Positions 36,121 to 46,433 of a stretch of DNA of 64,000 nt are shown here, piece after piece. A program made the translations under genes and the position numbers. Origin of the DNA: Phycisphaeraceae bacterium (GTDB taxonomy: Bacteria; Planctomycetota; Phycisphaerae; Phycisphaerales; Phycisphaeraceae). Numbering within the stretch: the stretch's first letter is position 1; every line of letters begins with the position of its first letter. The notes beneath the pieces were generated by a model. The model worked only from the letters and a program-made list of their open reading frames with translations. It was not told the DNA's origin and ran no database searches. Location: positions 4,256,001-4,320,000 of the forward strand of contig OY771506.1 of the NCBI GenBank assembly GCA_963674705.1. The letters are read 5' to 3'.

Positions 36121-36786
36121 ATGATGAATAACAAGACACTGGAACAAACAGACTCGCTCTACAGCTATATCGCTGACACTTCCCTCAGGCCCCCCGCCGC
36201 CATGTTGGAACTCCTCGAAACTACCGAGAAACTCCAGAACGCGGGGCTGGCTAGCCCCCCACTTCAGGCCCAATTCCTGAGTTTCCTCGTCCGGATGCTC
36301 GGCGCCAAACGCATCATCGAAGTGGGTGTGTTCACCGGCGTCAGCTCGCTCTGGATGGCCGATGCCGCTGGCCCCGACAGCCGGATCGTAGCCTGCGATG
36401 TCAGCGAGGAATACACCTCGATCGGCAAACCCTTCTGGGAAAAAGCCGGCCTCACCGACCGGATCGACCTGCGTATCGCCCCCGCCGACCAGACGCTGCA
36501 AAACCTGATCAACGCAGGCGAAATCAACAGCTTCGACTTCTGCTACATCGACGCGGACAAACCTGCTTATGACGGCTACTACGAGCTTGTCATCCAACTG
36601 CTCCGCCCCGGCGGGGTGATCGCCTTCGACAACATGCTCCAGCACGGCCGCGTGATAGACCCCGATGCAAAAGACGATCAGGTCAACGCCATCCGCGCAC
36701 TAAACAGCAAACTGCACCAGGACAAACGCGTCGATGTCAGCTTCCTGCCGTTGTGTGATGGGGTGTACCTGGTGCGTAAAAAATAA
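36121..36786 (+). CDS. SAM-dependent O-methyltransferase (caffeoyl-CoA OMT-like)
   Basis: IEVGVFTGVS, FDFCYIDADK, LRPGGVIAFDN. Confidence 0.9.
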   Translation: MMNNKTLEQTDSLYSYIADTSLRPPAAMLELLETTEKLQNAGLASPPLQAQFLSFLVRMLGAKRIIEVGVFTGVSSLWMADAAGPDSRIVACDVSEEYTSIGKPFWEKAGLTDRIDLRIAPADQTLQNLINAGEINSFDFCYIDADKPAYDGYYELVIQLLRPGGVIAFDNMLQHGRVIDPDAKDDQVNAIRALNSKLHQDKRVDVSFLPLCDGVYLVRKK

Positions 36787-36788
36787 CG

Positions 36789-37505
36789 TCAATTTGCAGC
36801 ATTCGCCTTATTGTGTTCACGTATAAATCTGGCTTGCGACTCTTCTATGGCATCATGTTCACAATAAAGGGTGACAACTCTACCGATACATGGGACGAAT
36901 AACTTGAATGGTCCGCACATGCCTCGAGTCTGTTGATGGCTATGTAAATCATGTGAATGCTCGACAATGATCCACTCAGGCTCATTCATAAACCACGTAT
37001 AAGCATCGTCCGGTATCTCTGTTACGCGGTCCCAAAATGGAAATGATTTTGTTGTACTTATAATGCACATGTATACGAATAAGGCTATTGGTCCAGCGAT
37101 AATCAATCCCATCATACCTACAGATACAATATCAAAGATAACGAGAATCCCCGAAGCGATCCCAAGAATATCGCCAATCATATTGCACTTTTCTATTCCA
37201 GATGCTCTTGTATTCTTGTATTGGTTAATCCGTGATAGATCATTTGTGATAAACCCAATAACCAGCAATGTGATTGGAAGCCAACCGAAATGCCTGTCAA
37301 ATAAATGGAATACACTGGATGCAGCAAGAAATACCAACCCAGCCATGATCCAGTTCGTCACTATGCCGTAAACCCAGTAGAAAAGTAAATTGTTGCTACG
37401 ATGTAGGAAACGCCCCCCTATGAGATTCATAGGAATGCCAACGACAAGAGCAACGATAGGGATTGTTACAAAGGCGAGAATGTATGCAAGAACAGTAGTC
37501 ACCAT
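36789..37505 (-). CDS. Hypothetical membrane protein (AT-rich DNA)
   Basis: About 5 TM segments and a soluble C-terminus; AGGAG RBS. Confidence 0.7.
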   Translation of the reverse strand: MVTTVLAYILAFVTIPIVALVVGIPMNLIGGRFLHRSNNLLFYWVYGIVTNWIMAGLVFLAASSVFHLFDRHFGWLPITLLVIGFITNDLSRINQYKNTRASGIEKCNMIGDILGIASGILVIFDIVSVGMMGLIIAGPIALFVYMCIISTTKSFPFWDRVTEIPDDAYTWFMNEPEWIIVEHSHDLHSHQQTRGMCGPFKLFVPCIGRVVTLYCEHDAIEESQARFIREHNKANAAN

Positions 37506-37560
37506 TATGCTTTCTCCTATGCCTACAATCTATTGCCATTCTAGCCCTGGAGATCCTAAT

Positions 37561-37593
37561 AAAAAACCCACGGGCGTTACACCCGTGGGTTTT
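37561..37593. terminator. Rho-independent terminator of ppdK
   Basis: AAAAAACCCACGGG-cgttaca-CCCGTGGGTTTT. Confidence 0.85.
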
Positions 37594-37622
37594 GTGGTTA
37601 TTCAATTGTCTGACAGCTTTGC

Positions 37623-40286
37623 TTAGCCAAGCGCTGCCTGGGCTGCTGCGAGCCGTGCGATCGGGACGCGGAACGGGCTGCAGGAGACGTAATCCAGGCC
37701 GACCTTGTGGCAGAACTTCACGGAGGCCGGGTCGCCGCCGTGTTCGCCGCAGATGCCGCACTTCAGGCCCTTCTTGACGCTGCGGCCCTTGTTGACCGCC
37801 ATGTCCACGAGTTGGCCCACGCCGGTGGTATCCAGCGACTGGAACGGGTCCCTCTCGAGGATTTCCTGGCCGATGTAATCAGGCAGGAAGGTGTTGACGT
37901 CGTCACGGCTGTAGCCGAAGGTCAACTGCGTCAGGTCGTTGGTACCGAAGCTGAAGAAGTCAGCACACTCTGCAATCTCGTCGGCGGTCAGAGCCGCACG
38001 CGGGATTTCGATCATCGTGCCGACGGTGATGTCCAGCTTGCCTGAGTACTTCTTCTTGGCCTTGACATCCGCGATGGTCTGCAACGCCAGATCACGCAGG
38101 ATGGACAGCTCCTTCTTGGTGCCGACCAGCGGGATCATGATCTCGGGCATCGCGTTGACCTTCTTCTTCTTGCACTGGATGGTCGCCTCGACGATCGCCG
38201 TCACCTGCATGACCAGGATTTCCGGATACGTGATCGACAGACGGCAACCACGGTGGCCAAGCATCGGGTTCGCTTCGTGAAGTTGCGAAACGCGGTTCTT
38301 GACCATGGCGGGCTTCACGCCGAGAACCTTCGCCAATTCCCCCTGGCTCTGATCATCATGCGGGAGGAACTCGTGCAGCGGCGGGTCGAGCAGACGCACC
38401 GTCACGGGCAGGCCCTTCATCGCGGTGAAGATACCCACGAAGTCCTTGCGCTGATAAGGCAGCAGCTTGGCCAGTGCCTTTTCACGATCGGCCTTGGCTT
38501 CGGCGAGGATCATCTCACGCATCGCCAGGATGCGCTCGCCCTCGAAGAACATGTGCTCGGTACGGCAGAGGCCGATACCCTGGGCGCCGAACTCACGGGC
38601 ACGCTTGGCGTCGGCCGGCGTATCCGCGTTCGTGCGAACCTTCAGCTTGCGATACTTGTCGGCCCACTTCATCACGGTGGCGAAGTCGCCGGAGAGCTTG
38701 GGCGTCACCGTCGCGATACGGCCGGCAAACACCTCACCGGTCGAGCCGTCGATCGACAGTTCATCCTTGTCGCTGTAGGTCTTGCCGTTAACCGTGATCG
38801 TCTTGCCCTTTTCATCGATGCTGATGGCACCGGCACCGGCGACGCAGCACTTGCCCCAACCACGGGCGACGACCGCCGCATGCGAGGTCATGCCGCCGGT
38901 CGAGGTGAGGATACCGGCCGCGTGGTGCATGCCGTCAACATCTTCCGGGCTGGTTTCTTTACGAACGAGCAGCACGGTTTCGCCGGCCTGTGTCCGCTCG
39001 ACGGCTTCGTCAGCGGTGAACGCCAGTTTGCCAACGCTCGCACCGGGCGACGCCGGCAGACCGGTGGTCAACGCACTGGCCTTCTTCTTGGCCGAGGTGT
39101 CGAAGCTGGGCAGCAGCAACTGCGTCAGGTCGTTAGCCGGGATACGCTTGACAGCGGTCTTCTCATCAATGAGTTTTTCCTTGACCATGTCGCAGGCGAT
39201 CTTCACCGCCGCAGCGCCGGTACGCTTGCCGTTACGCGTCTGGAGCATGAAGAGTGTGCCGGCCTCGATGGTGAACTCGATGTCCTGCACGTCCTTGTAG
39301 TGCTTCTCAAGCTTGTTCTTGATAACCAGCAGTTCCTTGTGGACCTTCTTGTTCCACTTGGTCATTTCCTTGACGGGCTGCGGCGTACGGATGCCGGCCA
39401 CGACGTCTTCGCCCTGGGCGTTGATGAGGAACTCGCCGTAGAACTCGTTCTTGCCGGTCGCTGGGTCGCGTGTGAAGGCGACGCCCGTGCCGCAGTCATC
39501 GCCCATGTTGCCGAAGACCATGGTCTGGACGTTGACGGCCGTGCCCTTGAGGCCGGTGATCTCGGAGATCTGACGGTAGCGGATCGCACGCGGGGCGTTC
39601 CAGCTCTTGAACACGGCTTCGATCGCCAGCTCAAGCTGCTTGTATGGGTCCTGCGGGAAGGCGATCTTGGTGTGCTTCTTGAAGACCTTCTTGTAAGCGT
39701 CGCACAGTTCCTTCAGACCTTCTGTGTTGACATCGGTATCCAGTTCGACCTTCTGATTCTGCTTGATCTTGTCGAACTCGGCCTCGAAGTAGTGGTGGTC
39801 GACGCCCATGACGACATCGCCGTACATGTTGATCAGACGACGATAGGCATCGTAAGCGAAACGTTCATTACCGCTGGCAACCGCCAGGCCCTTGACGGCC
39901 ACATCGTTGAGGCCGAGATTCAGGACCGTGTCCATCATGCCGGGCATCGAAACCGCGGCGCCGGAGCGGACGGACATCAGCAGGGCGTTGTTGTCATCGC
40001 CGAACTTCTTGCCGCTTTCTTTTTCCAGAAGCTCAACAGCCTTATGCACCTGGTCCATCAGGCCCTTGGGCATCTTGCGGCCTTGCTTGTAGTACTGGTC
40101 GCAGCACTCGGTCGTGACGGTAAAACCGGGGGGCACGGGCAGACCGATCGAAGTCATCTCGGCAAGGTTCGCGCCTTTGCCGCCGAGTAATTGCTTCATC
40201 GTGCCATTGCCGTCGGTCTTGATCTTACCGAAGTAATAGACCATTTTTTGCGATGACTTCCCTGTGGAGCTTTTCTTTTTCGCCAT
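37623..40286 (-). CDS. ppdK: Pyruvate, phosphate dikinase
   Basis: LLGGKGANLAEM, SMPGMMDT, GGMTSHAAVVARG, GLCRTEHMF, FGTNDLTQ, CGEHGG. Confidence 0.97.
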   Translation of the reverse strand: MAKKKSSTGKSSQKMVYYFGKIKTDGNGTMKQLLGGKGANLAEMTSIGLPVPPGFTVTTECCDQYYKQGRKMPKGLMDQVHKAVELLEKESGKKFGDDNNALLMSVRSGAAVSMPGMMDTVLNLGLNDVAVKGLAVASGNERFAYDAYRRLINMYGDVVMGVDHHYFEAEFDKIKQNQKVELDTDVNTEGLKELCDAYKKVFKKHTKIAFPQDPYKQLELAIEAVFKSWNAPRAIRYRQISEITGLKGTAVNVQTMVFGNMGDDCGTGVAFTRDPATGKNEFYGEFLINAQGEDVVAGIRTPQPVKEMTKWNKKVHKELLVIKNKLEKHYKDVQDIEFTIEAGTLFMLQTRNGKRTGAAAVKIACDMVKEKLIDEKTAVKRIPANDLTQLLLPSFDTSAKKKASALTTGLPASPGASVGKLAFTADEAVERTQAGETVLLVRKETSPEDVDGMHHAAGILTSTGGMTSHAAVVARGWGKCCVAGAGAISIDEKGKTITVNGKTYSDKDELSIDGSTGEVFAGRIATVTPKLSGDFATVMKWADKYRKLKVRTNADTPADAKRAREFGAQGIGLCRTEHMFFEGERILAMREMILAEAKADREKALAKLLPYQRKDFVGIFTAMKGLPVTVRLLDPPLHEFLPHDDQSQGELAKVLGVKPAMVKNRVSQLHEANPMLGHRGCRLSITYPEILVMQVTAIVEATIQCKKKKVNAMPEIMIPLVGTKKELSILRDLALQTIADVKAKKKYSGKLDITVGTMIEIPRAALTADEIAECADFFSFGTNDLTQLTFGYSRDDVNTFLPDYIGQEILERDPFQSLDTTGVGQLVDMAVNKGRSVKKGLKCGICGEHGGDPASVKFCHKVGLDYVSCSPFRVPIARLAAAQAALG

Positions 40287-40511
40287 GGTTGTAGTCCTTT
40301 TGGGCCTTTCTCTGCCGGATAGCCGGGCTTGTATTGTGGTGGAACGAAGCGTATTTGCTCGCCCCCCTTAATCAGACCGACCCACGCACTCGGTGAGTCG
40401 GCGGCTTGGGGGTCCTTGCCGTATTCAGGGTAATGTCCGCATGGCGCACACAAGCCGAAACGGACTCGGGTCAGCGCCGGCGGGAGCCGGGACGCTGTTT
40501 TAAGACTAACG

Positions 40512-40539
40512 ATTCTAGTGATTGGCGTTCTAGCGTCAA
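40512..40539 (-). promoter_or_regulatory. Candidate sigma70 promoter of ppdK (implies a ~220-nt leader)
   Basis: TTGACG-N16-TAGAAT on the minus strand. Confidence 0.45.
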
Positions 40540-40669
40540 TCTGAGGGGGCTACAGCCTGAAATCACAGCCCCAACGGGTCCCAGTGAATCCCGAATAAAG
40601 ACCGGCAAATCACAAGAAATGCACAATAAATAATATAATTTGCACCCGGAAAAAGAACCGCCCACCCGC

Positions 40670-41479
40670 CTAGTGCTGGACGAACACCAGCACCTGACCC
40701 CCGAACACTTCTTCAAATGTCGCCCAGGTCATGCTCATGTTGCCCTCAATAGGGTCAGCCACCATCACGGACGTCGGTGTCGTGCGTGTGACCGTCACCA
40801 TATGCAGCCGGGTCGGCTCGTACCTGAAAGGCGTAACTATTGGATACGGAAGTTGCCGGACTTCCTCAGAGGTCACTTCCAGCAGCTCCGCGGTGTAAGG
40901 GGTGTGCTCCAGGCGTTTATTCAGCCCGTCCAGCGCCCGCAGGATCGTGGAACCCGTGCCCGGCCGGGTGTGGGTCAGCTTCGCCATCTGCTGTTCACTG
41001 GTGGGAACGCCCAATAAATCCAGTGCCTGGGCACACGCCGCGGGTACGCAAGAGTATTCCTGGCTCTGCTTGACGACCTCGCCCTCCCCCACCGTGGCTG
41101 CAAAGCTCTGCTCGGGCGTCGATTGCAGCATCCAAAGCGCCCCGTTCACAAAAAATACGCCCCCGAACATTATCGCCCAACTGATCACCCGCTTCTGCCG
41201 GGGAAGCTTCGCACGAGACCAGGCCAACCCCAGCAGCAGCATGAAAATCGGGACGCTACCCACCCCCTCAATCTTCGTCAGCACCGACAGCGGGATAACG
41301 TACACCGCCACCGCCGGGTGATAATGCAGCCAGCACCAGACCAGCATCAGAAGCAACCCGCACAACAAGGTCGTCCGGGCCACCGCCACTGAATGTCTAC
41401 CGAGATAGTACCCGCCCGCCCATGCGAGCGAAGAAATGGAAGCGATCGTGACAAACCAGTAGGCGGTTGTCGGGTCCAT
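40670..41479 (-). CDS. Membrane protein with C-terminal C39-like peptidase domain
   Basis: About 4 TMs, then QSQEYSCVPAAC...HMVTV...ADP. Confidence 0.75.
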   Translation of the reverse strand: MDPTTAYWFVTIASISSLAWAGGYYLGRHSVAVARTTLLCGLLLMLVWCWLHYHPAVAVYVIPLSVLTKIEGVGSVPIFMLLLGLAWSRAKLPRQKRVISWAIMFGGVFFVNGALWMLQSTPEQSFAATVGEGEVVKQSQEYSCVPAACAQALDLLGVPTSEQQMAKLTHTRPGTGSTILRALDGLNKRLEHTPYTAELLEVTSEEVRQLPYPIVTPFRYEPTRLHMVTVTRTTPTSVMVADPIEGNMSMTWATFEEVFGGQVLVFVQH

Positions 41480-41753
41480 GGATCTTGCCGTCAGTCAACG
41501 GCCAAGACTTCCCGCCTCCGCCGTCACGGTTCCCTGGATGTCAATGCCCGAATCGCACGGGCCCTCGGAGAAACCGTCGGCCTATTCGTGGACCTACTTT
41601 TCTTCAGCCGCGTGTAACCCACGCCGGACCTTGCCTTGACCTACCCATCAATCCCTACAGATGGACCATGAACATTGCGGCAAACCAATCAAACAGTTAA
41701 AAATGCCCGTACACGAGCCACTTGGATACCTGTTGAAAGACACCACCTGATCC

Positions 41754-42611
41754 ATGCAACCCCCTCCCGGACATACCTGGCGCACCTGGCTTTATGAAGT
41801 CATCTTCGAGGCCGACACCAAAGCAGGTAAAGCCTTCGATATCATCCTGCTCTGGTCGATCCTGCTGAGTGTCACGGCTGTCATCCTTGAAAGTGTGGCT
41901 TCGATCCGTGAGACGTATGGCGCATACCTCTACGCTATCGAGTGGTTCTTCACCATCCTCTTCACCATCGAGTACATCACACGTGTGGTCTGTGTCCGCC
42001 GCCCCGCCGTTTACATCCGCAGCTTCTTCGGCATCGTCGACCTGCTCTCCATCCTGCCCACCTACATCAGCCTGTTCGTCGGCGGCTCGCAAGCTCTGAT
42101 CGTCATCCGCGCCCTGCGCCTGCTGCGCGTCTTCCGTATCTTCAAACTCGCACGATACGTCGGCGAGGCAAGCGTCCTGATGGACGCTCTCCGCGCCAGC
42201 CGGGTCAAGATCACCGTCTTCCTCGTCGCCGTGCTTTCGATCACACTCATCGTGGGATCACTGATGTACCTCATCGAAGGCTCAGAGCCCGACACAGGCT
42301 TCACCAGCATCCCCGCAAGCATCTACTGGACCATCGTCACCATGACCACCGTCGGCTACGGCGACATCGCCCCGCAAACCATCCTCGGCAAGTTCCTCGC
42401 CTCCGCCGTCATGATCATCGGCTACGGCATCATCGCCGTCCCCACCGGCATCGTCACCGCCGAACTTGCTACAGCCGGCCAAAAGAGAAAAATCACAACG
42501 CAAGTTTGCTCAAACTGTCAAAAAGAAGGGCACGACCCGGATGCAACGCACTGCAAGTTCTGCGGCAATTCCCTGTTTGACAATGAAGTGTCTGGTGACT
42601 CCAAAGGGTAA
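41754..42611 (+). CDS. Voltage-gated potassium channel-like ion transporter
   Basis: S4 IRALRLLRVFRIFKL; filter TMTTVGYGD; C-terminal CxxC...CxxC. Confidence 0.92.
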   Translation: MQPPPGHTWRTWLYEVIFEADTKAGKAFDIILLWSILLSVTAVILESVASIRETYGAYLYAIEWFFTILFTIEYITRVVCVRRPAVYIRSFFGIVDLLSILPTYISLFVGGSQALIVIRALRLLRVFRIFKLARYVGEASVLMDALRASRVKITVFLVAVLSITLIVGSLMYLIEGSEPDTGFTSIPASIYWTIVTMTTVGYGDIAPQTILGKFLASAVMIIGYGIIAVPTGIVTAELATAGQKRKITTQVCSNCQKEGHDPDATHCKFCGNSLFDNEVSGDSKG

Positions 42612-42615
42612 ATCA

Positions 42616-43764
42616 ATGCGTTTGCATCAATACATCTGCTTGGCTGTTCTGTTTGCTCTCTGCCTGACACAGCAAACCTCTGCACAGATGCAACCAACCG
42701 ACACGACTGATCGCCACCCGATCACCCTAGGTGTCTATTACTATCCGTGGTATAAACCTGCCAGCTTCAATACCACACTGCGCGGCAAACTCACACCGCA
42801 ACAGTCGCCGGCAGTTGGACGGTATGACAGTCGCGACCCGCAAGTCATTGCTTCGCACATCGACCAGAGCCGCCGCGGTAACATCCGTTTCTGGGCCGTC
42901 AGTTGGTGGGGGCCAAACCACGATACCGACATCACGATCCGCAACCACATCCTCAAACACCCACGCATCGGCGAAGTCGACTTCTGTATCCACTACGAAG
43001 CCACTGGCCGGTTCGGCCCGTTCGACAACCCGCACTTCGATACACTTACCGACGACTTCCGCTACCTGGCTAAAACCTACTTCCAGCAAGACAACTACCT
43101 GCGTGTAGATGGTAAGCCTGTTGTCATCATCTACCTCACCCGCGCGTACTTTCTAACTGAGAAGTCACGACAGGCCGTACGCGATATGCGTAAGGCAATA
43201 GAGCAAGAGTTCGGGCTTCAGCTATACCTTGTCGGCGACGACTTTTACTCAGACAAACTTGATCCCGAACGAGCCGTGTCGTGGGACGCCGTTACATCCT
43301 TCGACGTCTACGGCATGGCGTTTCAAATTCACGGCTGCACGCAGAAGGGTCTGGATGTCCTCGAAAACATCCACAAAAAGGCCCGTAATACCGCACACGA
43401 TCTGGGCGTCGACTTCATCCCCACCGTCTCCCCCGGCTTCAACGACACCGCTGTGCGCGACGGCCATCCCCCTCGCCCACGCTACCTCACACTCAACGGC
43501 CAACCCCAACCCCCCGGCTCACTCTTTTCCGCTTCACTCAAACAAACCGCCCTGCCTTACACCGATCCCGCCATCGGCCGCATCCTGATGGTCAACTCCT
43601 TCAACGAGTGGTACGAAGACACCCAGATCGAACCCACCGCACCGGGGCAAACTACCAGCACCGACTCATCCGATACTCAAAAATACACCGCCGCAAACAG
43701 CTACGAGGCATACGAAGATAAATACCTCAGCATCCTGGCTGCTCTAACCAAACCCGAGAAATAA
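42616..43764 (+). CDS. Secreted glycoside hydrolase, GH99/GH71-like
   Basis: GVYYYPWY, SWWG, DGKPVV, SPGFND, NSFNEWYEDTQIEP; start at MRLHQ (42616). Confidence 0.8.
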   Translation: MRLHQYICLAVLFALCLTQQTSAQMQPTDTTDRHPITLGVYYYPWYKPASFNTTLRGKLTPQQSPAVGRYDSRDPQVIASHIDQSRRGNIRFWAVSWWGPNHDTDITIRNHILKHPRIGEVDFCIHYEATGRFGPFDNPHFDTLTDDFRYLAKTYFQQDNYLRVDGKPVVIIYLTRAYFLTEKSRQAVRDMRKAIEQEFGLQLYLVGDDFYSDKLDPERAVSWDAVTSFDVYGMAFQIHGCTQKGLDVLENIHKKARNTAHDLGVDFIPTVSPGFNDTAVRDGHPPRPRYLTLNGQPQPPGSLFSASLKQTALPYTDPAIGRILMVNSFNEWYEDTQIEPTAPGQTTSTDSSDTQKYTAANSYEAYEDKYLSILAALTKPEK

Positions 43765-43785
43765 CGAACTTGTGCGTGTTGTCAA

Positions 43786-44187
43786 TCACGGGAATAAATC
43801 TGCCGGTATCGGCTTGAGCTTCCCGTCCTTATCCACACACACCAGCGTCGTCTCACCGGTGGCCAGCAAATCATCGCCACGTTTGACTTCATAGCTGTGT
43901 TCGACCTTTACGCCGGCGGATGGCTTTGCGGTGCAGATAATGTCCAGTTCATCGTCATACATCGCGGGCTTGTGGTAGCGCAGGCTCATGCGTGCAACAA
44001 CAAAAAACACCCCCGCCGCTTCCAGATCGCGATACGCATTACCACGCTGGCGAAGTAAATCCGTCCGTGCGATCTCAAACCAGACGGGATAAACCGTATG
44101 GTGCGCAACATTCATCGGATCGCACTCGACGTAACGAACGCGAACGGGGACGGTGATCTGACGGTCGTGTTGATGTTCGATGTTCAT
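43786..44187 (-). CDS. Acyl-CoA thioesterase (YbgC/FadM family)
   Basis: VRVRYVECDPMNVAHH..Y..WFEIAR; start at MNIEH (44187). Confidence 0.88.
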   Translation of the reverse strand: MNIEHQHDRQITVPVRVRYVECDPMNVAHHTVYPVWFEIARTDLLRQRGNAYRDLEAAGVFFVVARMSLRYHKPAMYDDELDIICTAKPSAGVKVEHSYEVKRGDDLLATGETTLVCVDKDGKLKPIPADLFP

Positions 44188-44359
44188 TTGAAAGGCTGTA
44201 GGGTATAGGGTGTTGGGTGCAGGGTAAAGACCTCTTCCCCCAACGCCGGTCCTGAGCAAAGCGAAGGTCCGGACCCCCGCTCAATTGTTTGCATAAACAA
44301 ATCTCACCACAACATCTTCACATTGAACCTTTTCACATCGAACATTGAACATCCCCCCC

Positions 44360-46117
44360 CTACTTCTCTTTCAATGACGGATACTCAATCAGCGCCCGGT
44401 ACTTCGGCGCTTCGCTGATCGGTTGGTCCTGATATTCCAGGTGCCCCCACGAACCGAATTTGCCGGGCCGGCCGACATCGTTGAACGCAACAAACAAATC
44501 CCCACCCGCCACCTCAAACAGCCGCATGTTCAGCAGATACAGGCCGTACATCCGCGGATGTGTTTGCGCCTCGATCAGTTGATCGTAATACGGGAGGTTG
44601 TCGTTGCCATATGCTGTCAGATGTTGTCCCCCCTCATACGCAACCAGCCGGATCGGTCGGCCAAGCTTCTGAGACCATTGTTTCGCGAGATCTCCATGCC
44701 GGTTAAACCACTTGCGGTTATCACCGCGGATATTCTCTTCACACATATCCAGTAAACGATCCACCGAAGAGCCTGCGTTAAGTTTCTCCCCCTGCTCATG
44801 CGTGATCCCGAAGTACGCCGCCGGCGAGATGGCATCAAACTGCCCGTCCAACCGCGAGGTCAGTTGCTCGGCCACCCACGGATTTGCCAGTTGCACCGCC
44901 GCGACACGCACCAGCCGCTTTCCCGCTTCATCGCCGAAGACTTCCGTCCAGATCCGGAACGTCGTCTTGCACCGCTCCGCCCAGGCATCGAAAAACGCAT
45001 CCGACAACGAATCGGTCCCGCCGGCAAGCTGCCGGATGTATTTATGCTGAGCGAACTGGCCGTTCCACACTTCGTTGGAATACTCGATATACACCTTCGC
45101 GTCCGGGTGCAGTCGCTGCTTTACCAGTTCCGCGTGCTTTCGGATGTAGTCGTCGTCCGCCATGTGCGGCATGCAGAACCACGCATCTGCCTTCAGTTCG
45201 TTGGCCAGTTGGATCATGTACTCGATCGCGACGCCGTTCTCACCGGTTTGCGTCTGTTGATCCTTGCGTGGCCGCTGCGACCATTGCTTGAGCTTCGTTG
45301 TATTCGTACTCGCCCAGTCCATAAACCGGATGACCTGGAACAGCTCAAGCCGGCTTTCAAACACCGGATTAAATGGCGAAATTCGCATCTCATGGTCAAC
45401 CGCAATCAGGCTCACATCGCTGACCTGCCCGACCTTCTGCAGGTTGATGCCTTCATTACCCGAGCGGATCACGACGGACGCACTGTTCGAGCCTGTCTGA
45501 TTTGAACTGACATCACCCGAAAACTTCACCGACCCGCTGCCGGCCCACGTCGCGACATATACACCGGTTGGCGCCATCCCAGACTTGAAGATATACCCAC
45601 GATTATCATCGCGCCAGGCATCACTCATCAGCATCAGATCCGTAAACACCCAGCCGCGCGAGTAGTACGTCACACCCGCAAGGTTCATCCCTAAAAACGG
45701 CTTCTTGACTGGCGCCGGCTCCGTGCTGGCCGGTTCATCTGGCGTCTGCTCTGCCGGCGTATCCGCAGCGTTCGTCTCGCCCGTCTCGTTCACCGCCAGC
45801 ATCTGCCCCAGCAGTTCATGCACCGTCCTCGCCTGCACGACCGACATACTCACCTGCTGCGAGCTATCCGCAAGCGCAACACGCACGGGCAGACCACTGC
45901 CTTCAACAAGCTCCCCGGTCGCGATCGTTTCCGCGCCGCCGGCATCATCCCCCGCTTCAAAGCGCGTAACCTGCCCCCGCCCCACTTCAACCACTTCCGC
46001 CTGTGCCATGTTCAACGCAAACACAGACACAATCAGTCCGGCCATCCAAATCAAAGTCCGCCGCATGAAAGACCTCCGTTTCCGCATCATCATAGATCGT
46101 TCCCTTACACCGCCCAA
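44360..46117 (-). CDS. Secreted uncharacterised glycoside-hydrolase-like protein
   Basis: Signal peptide; IRFMDW, WFCMPH, YIEYSNEVWN, AYEGGQH, WGHLE; exact start uncertain. Confidence 0.65.
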   Translation of the reverse strand: MGGVRERSMMMRKRRSFMRRTLIWMAGLIVSVFALNMAQAEVVEVGRGQVTRFEAGDDAGGAETIATGELVEGSGLPVRVALADSSQQVSMSVVQARTVHELLGQMLAVNETGETNAADTPAEQTPDEPASTEPAPVKKPFLGMNLAGVTYYSRGWVFTDLMLMSDAWRDDNRGYIFKSGMAPTGVYVATWAGSGSVKFSGDVSSNQTGSNSASVVIRSGNEGINLQKVGQVSDVSLIAVDHEMRISPFNPVFESRLELFQVIRFMDWASTNTTKLKQWSQRPRKDQQTQTGENGVAIEYMIQLANELKADAWFCMPHMADDDYIRKHAELVKQRLHPDAKVYIEYSNEVWNGQFAQHKYIRQLAGGTDSLSDAFFDAWAERCKTTFRIWTEVFGDEAGKRLVRVAAVQLANPWVAEQLTSRLDGQFDAISPAAYFGITHEQGEKLNAGSSVDRLLDMCEENIRGDNRKWFNRHGDLAKQWSQKLGRPIRLVAYEGGQHLTAYGNDNLPYYDQLIEAQTHPRMYGLYLLNMRLFEVAGGDLFVAFNDVGRPGKFGSWGHLEYQDQPISEAPKYRALIEYPSLKEK

Positions 46118-46433
46118 CTATCTATTGACAATCGCGGCATATCCGTGCGCGCAATCCTAACAAACTTCGCTGCACCTGCAGGTTAATACTCGAACTTCCT
46201 GGATATTGATGATCCAACACTTCTCCAAACATCACCGGCTCCAACGCCTGCTCCCATGCGCACAATCGTGTCGCAAAAACATGTAAACCAGCCGATAATC
46301 AAACCGTCCGTCCGCCCCAGACGGATTATTCAGCCTAGACGTCATCGCAGCTTCATCCCACCTTGCAGATAGCCGATACCCGATCCGGATAACCATTACG
46401 ACCTGTGGGGTCGTTACGACAGGAGAGGAGAAA

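Noticed and set aside
38253..40190. 645-aa plus-strand ORF
   Set aside because: Antisense shadow of the strongly codon-biased ppdK; no recognisable motifs
40290..40505. Riboswitch in the long ppdK leader
   Set aside because: GC-rich stems are possible, but I recognise no known aptamer consensus; an Rfam/Infernal search is needed
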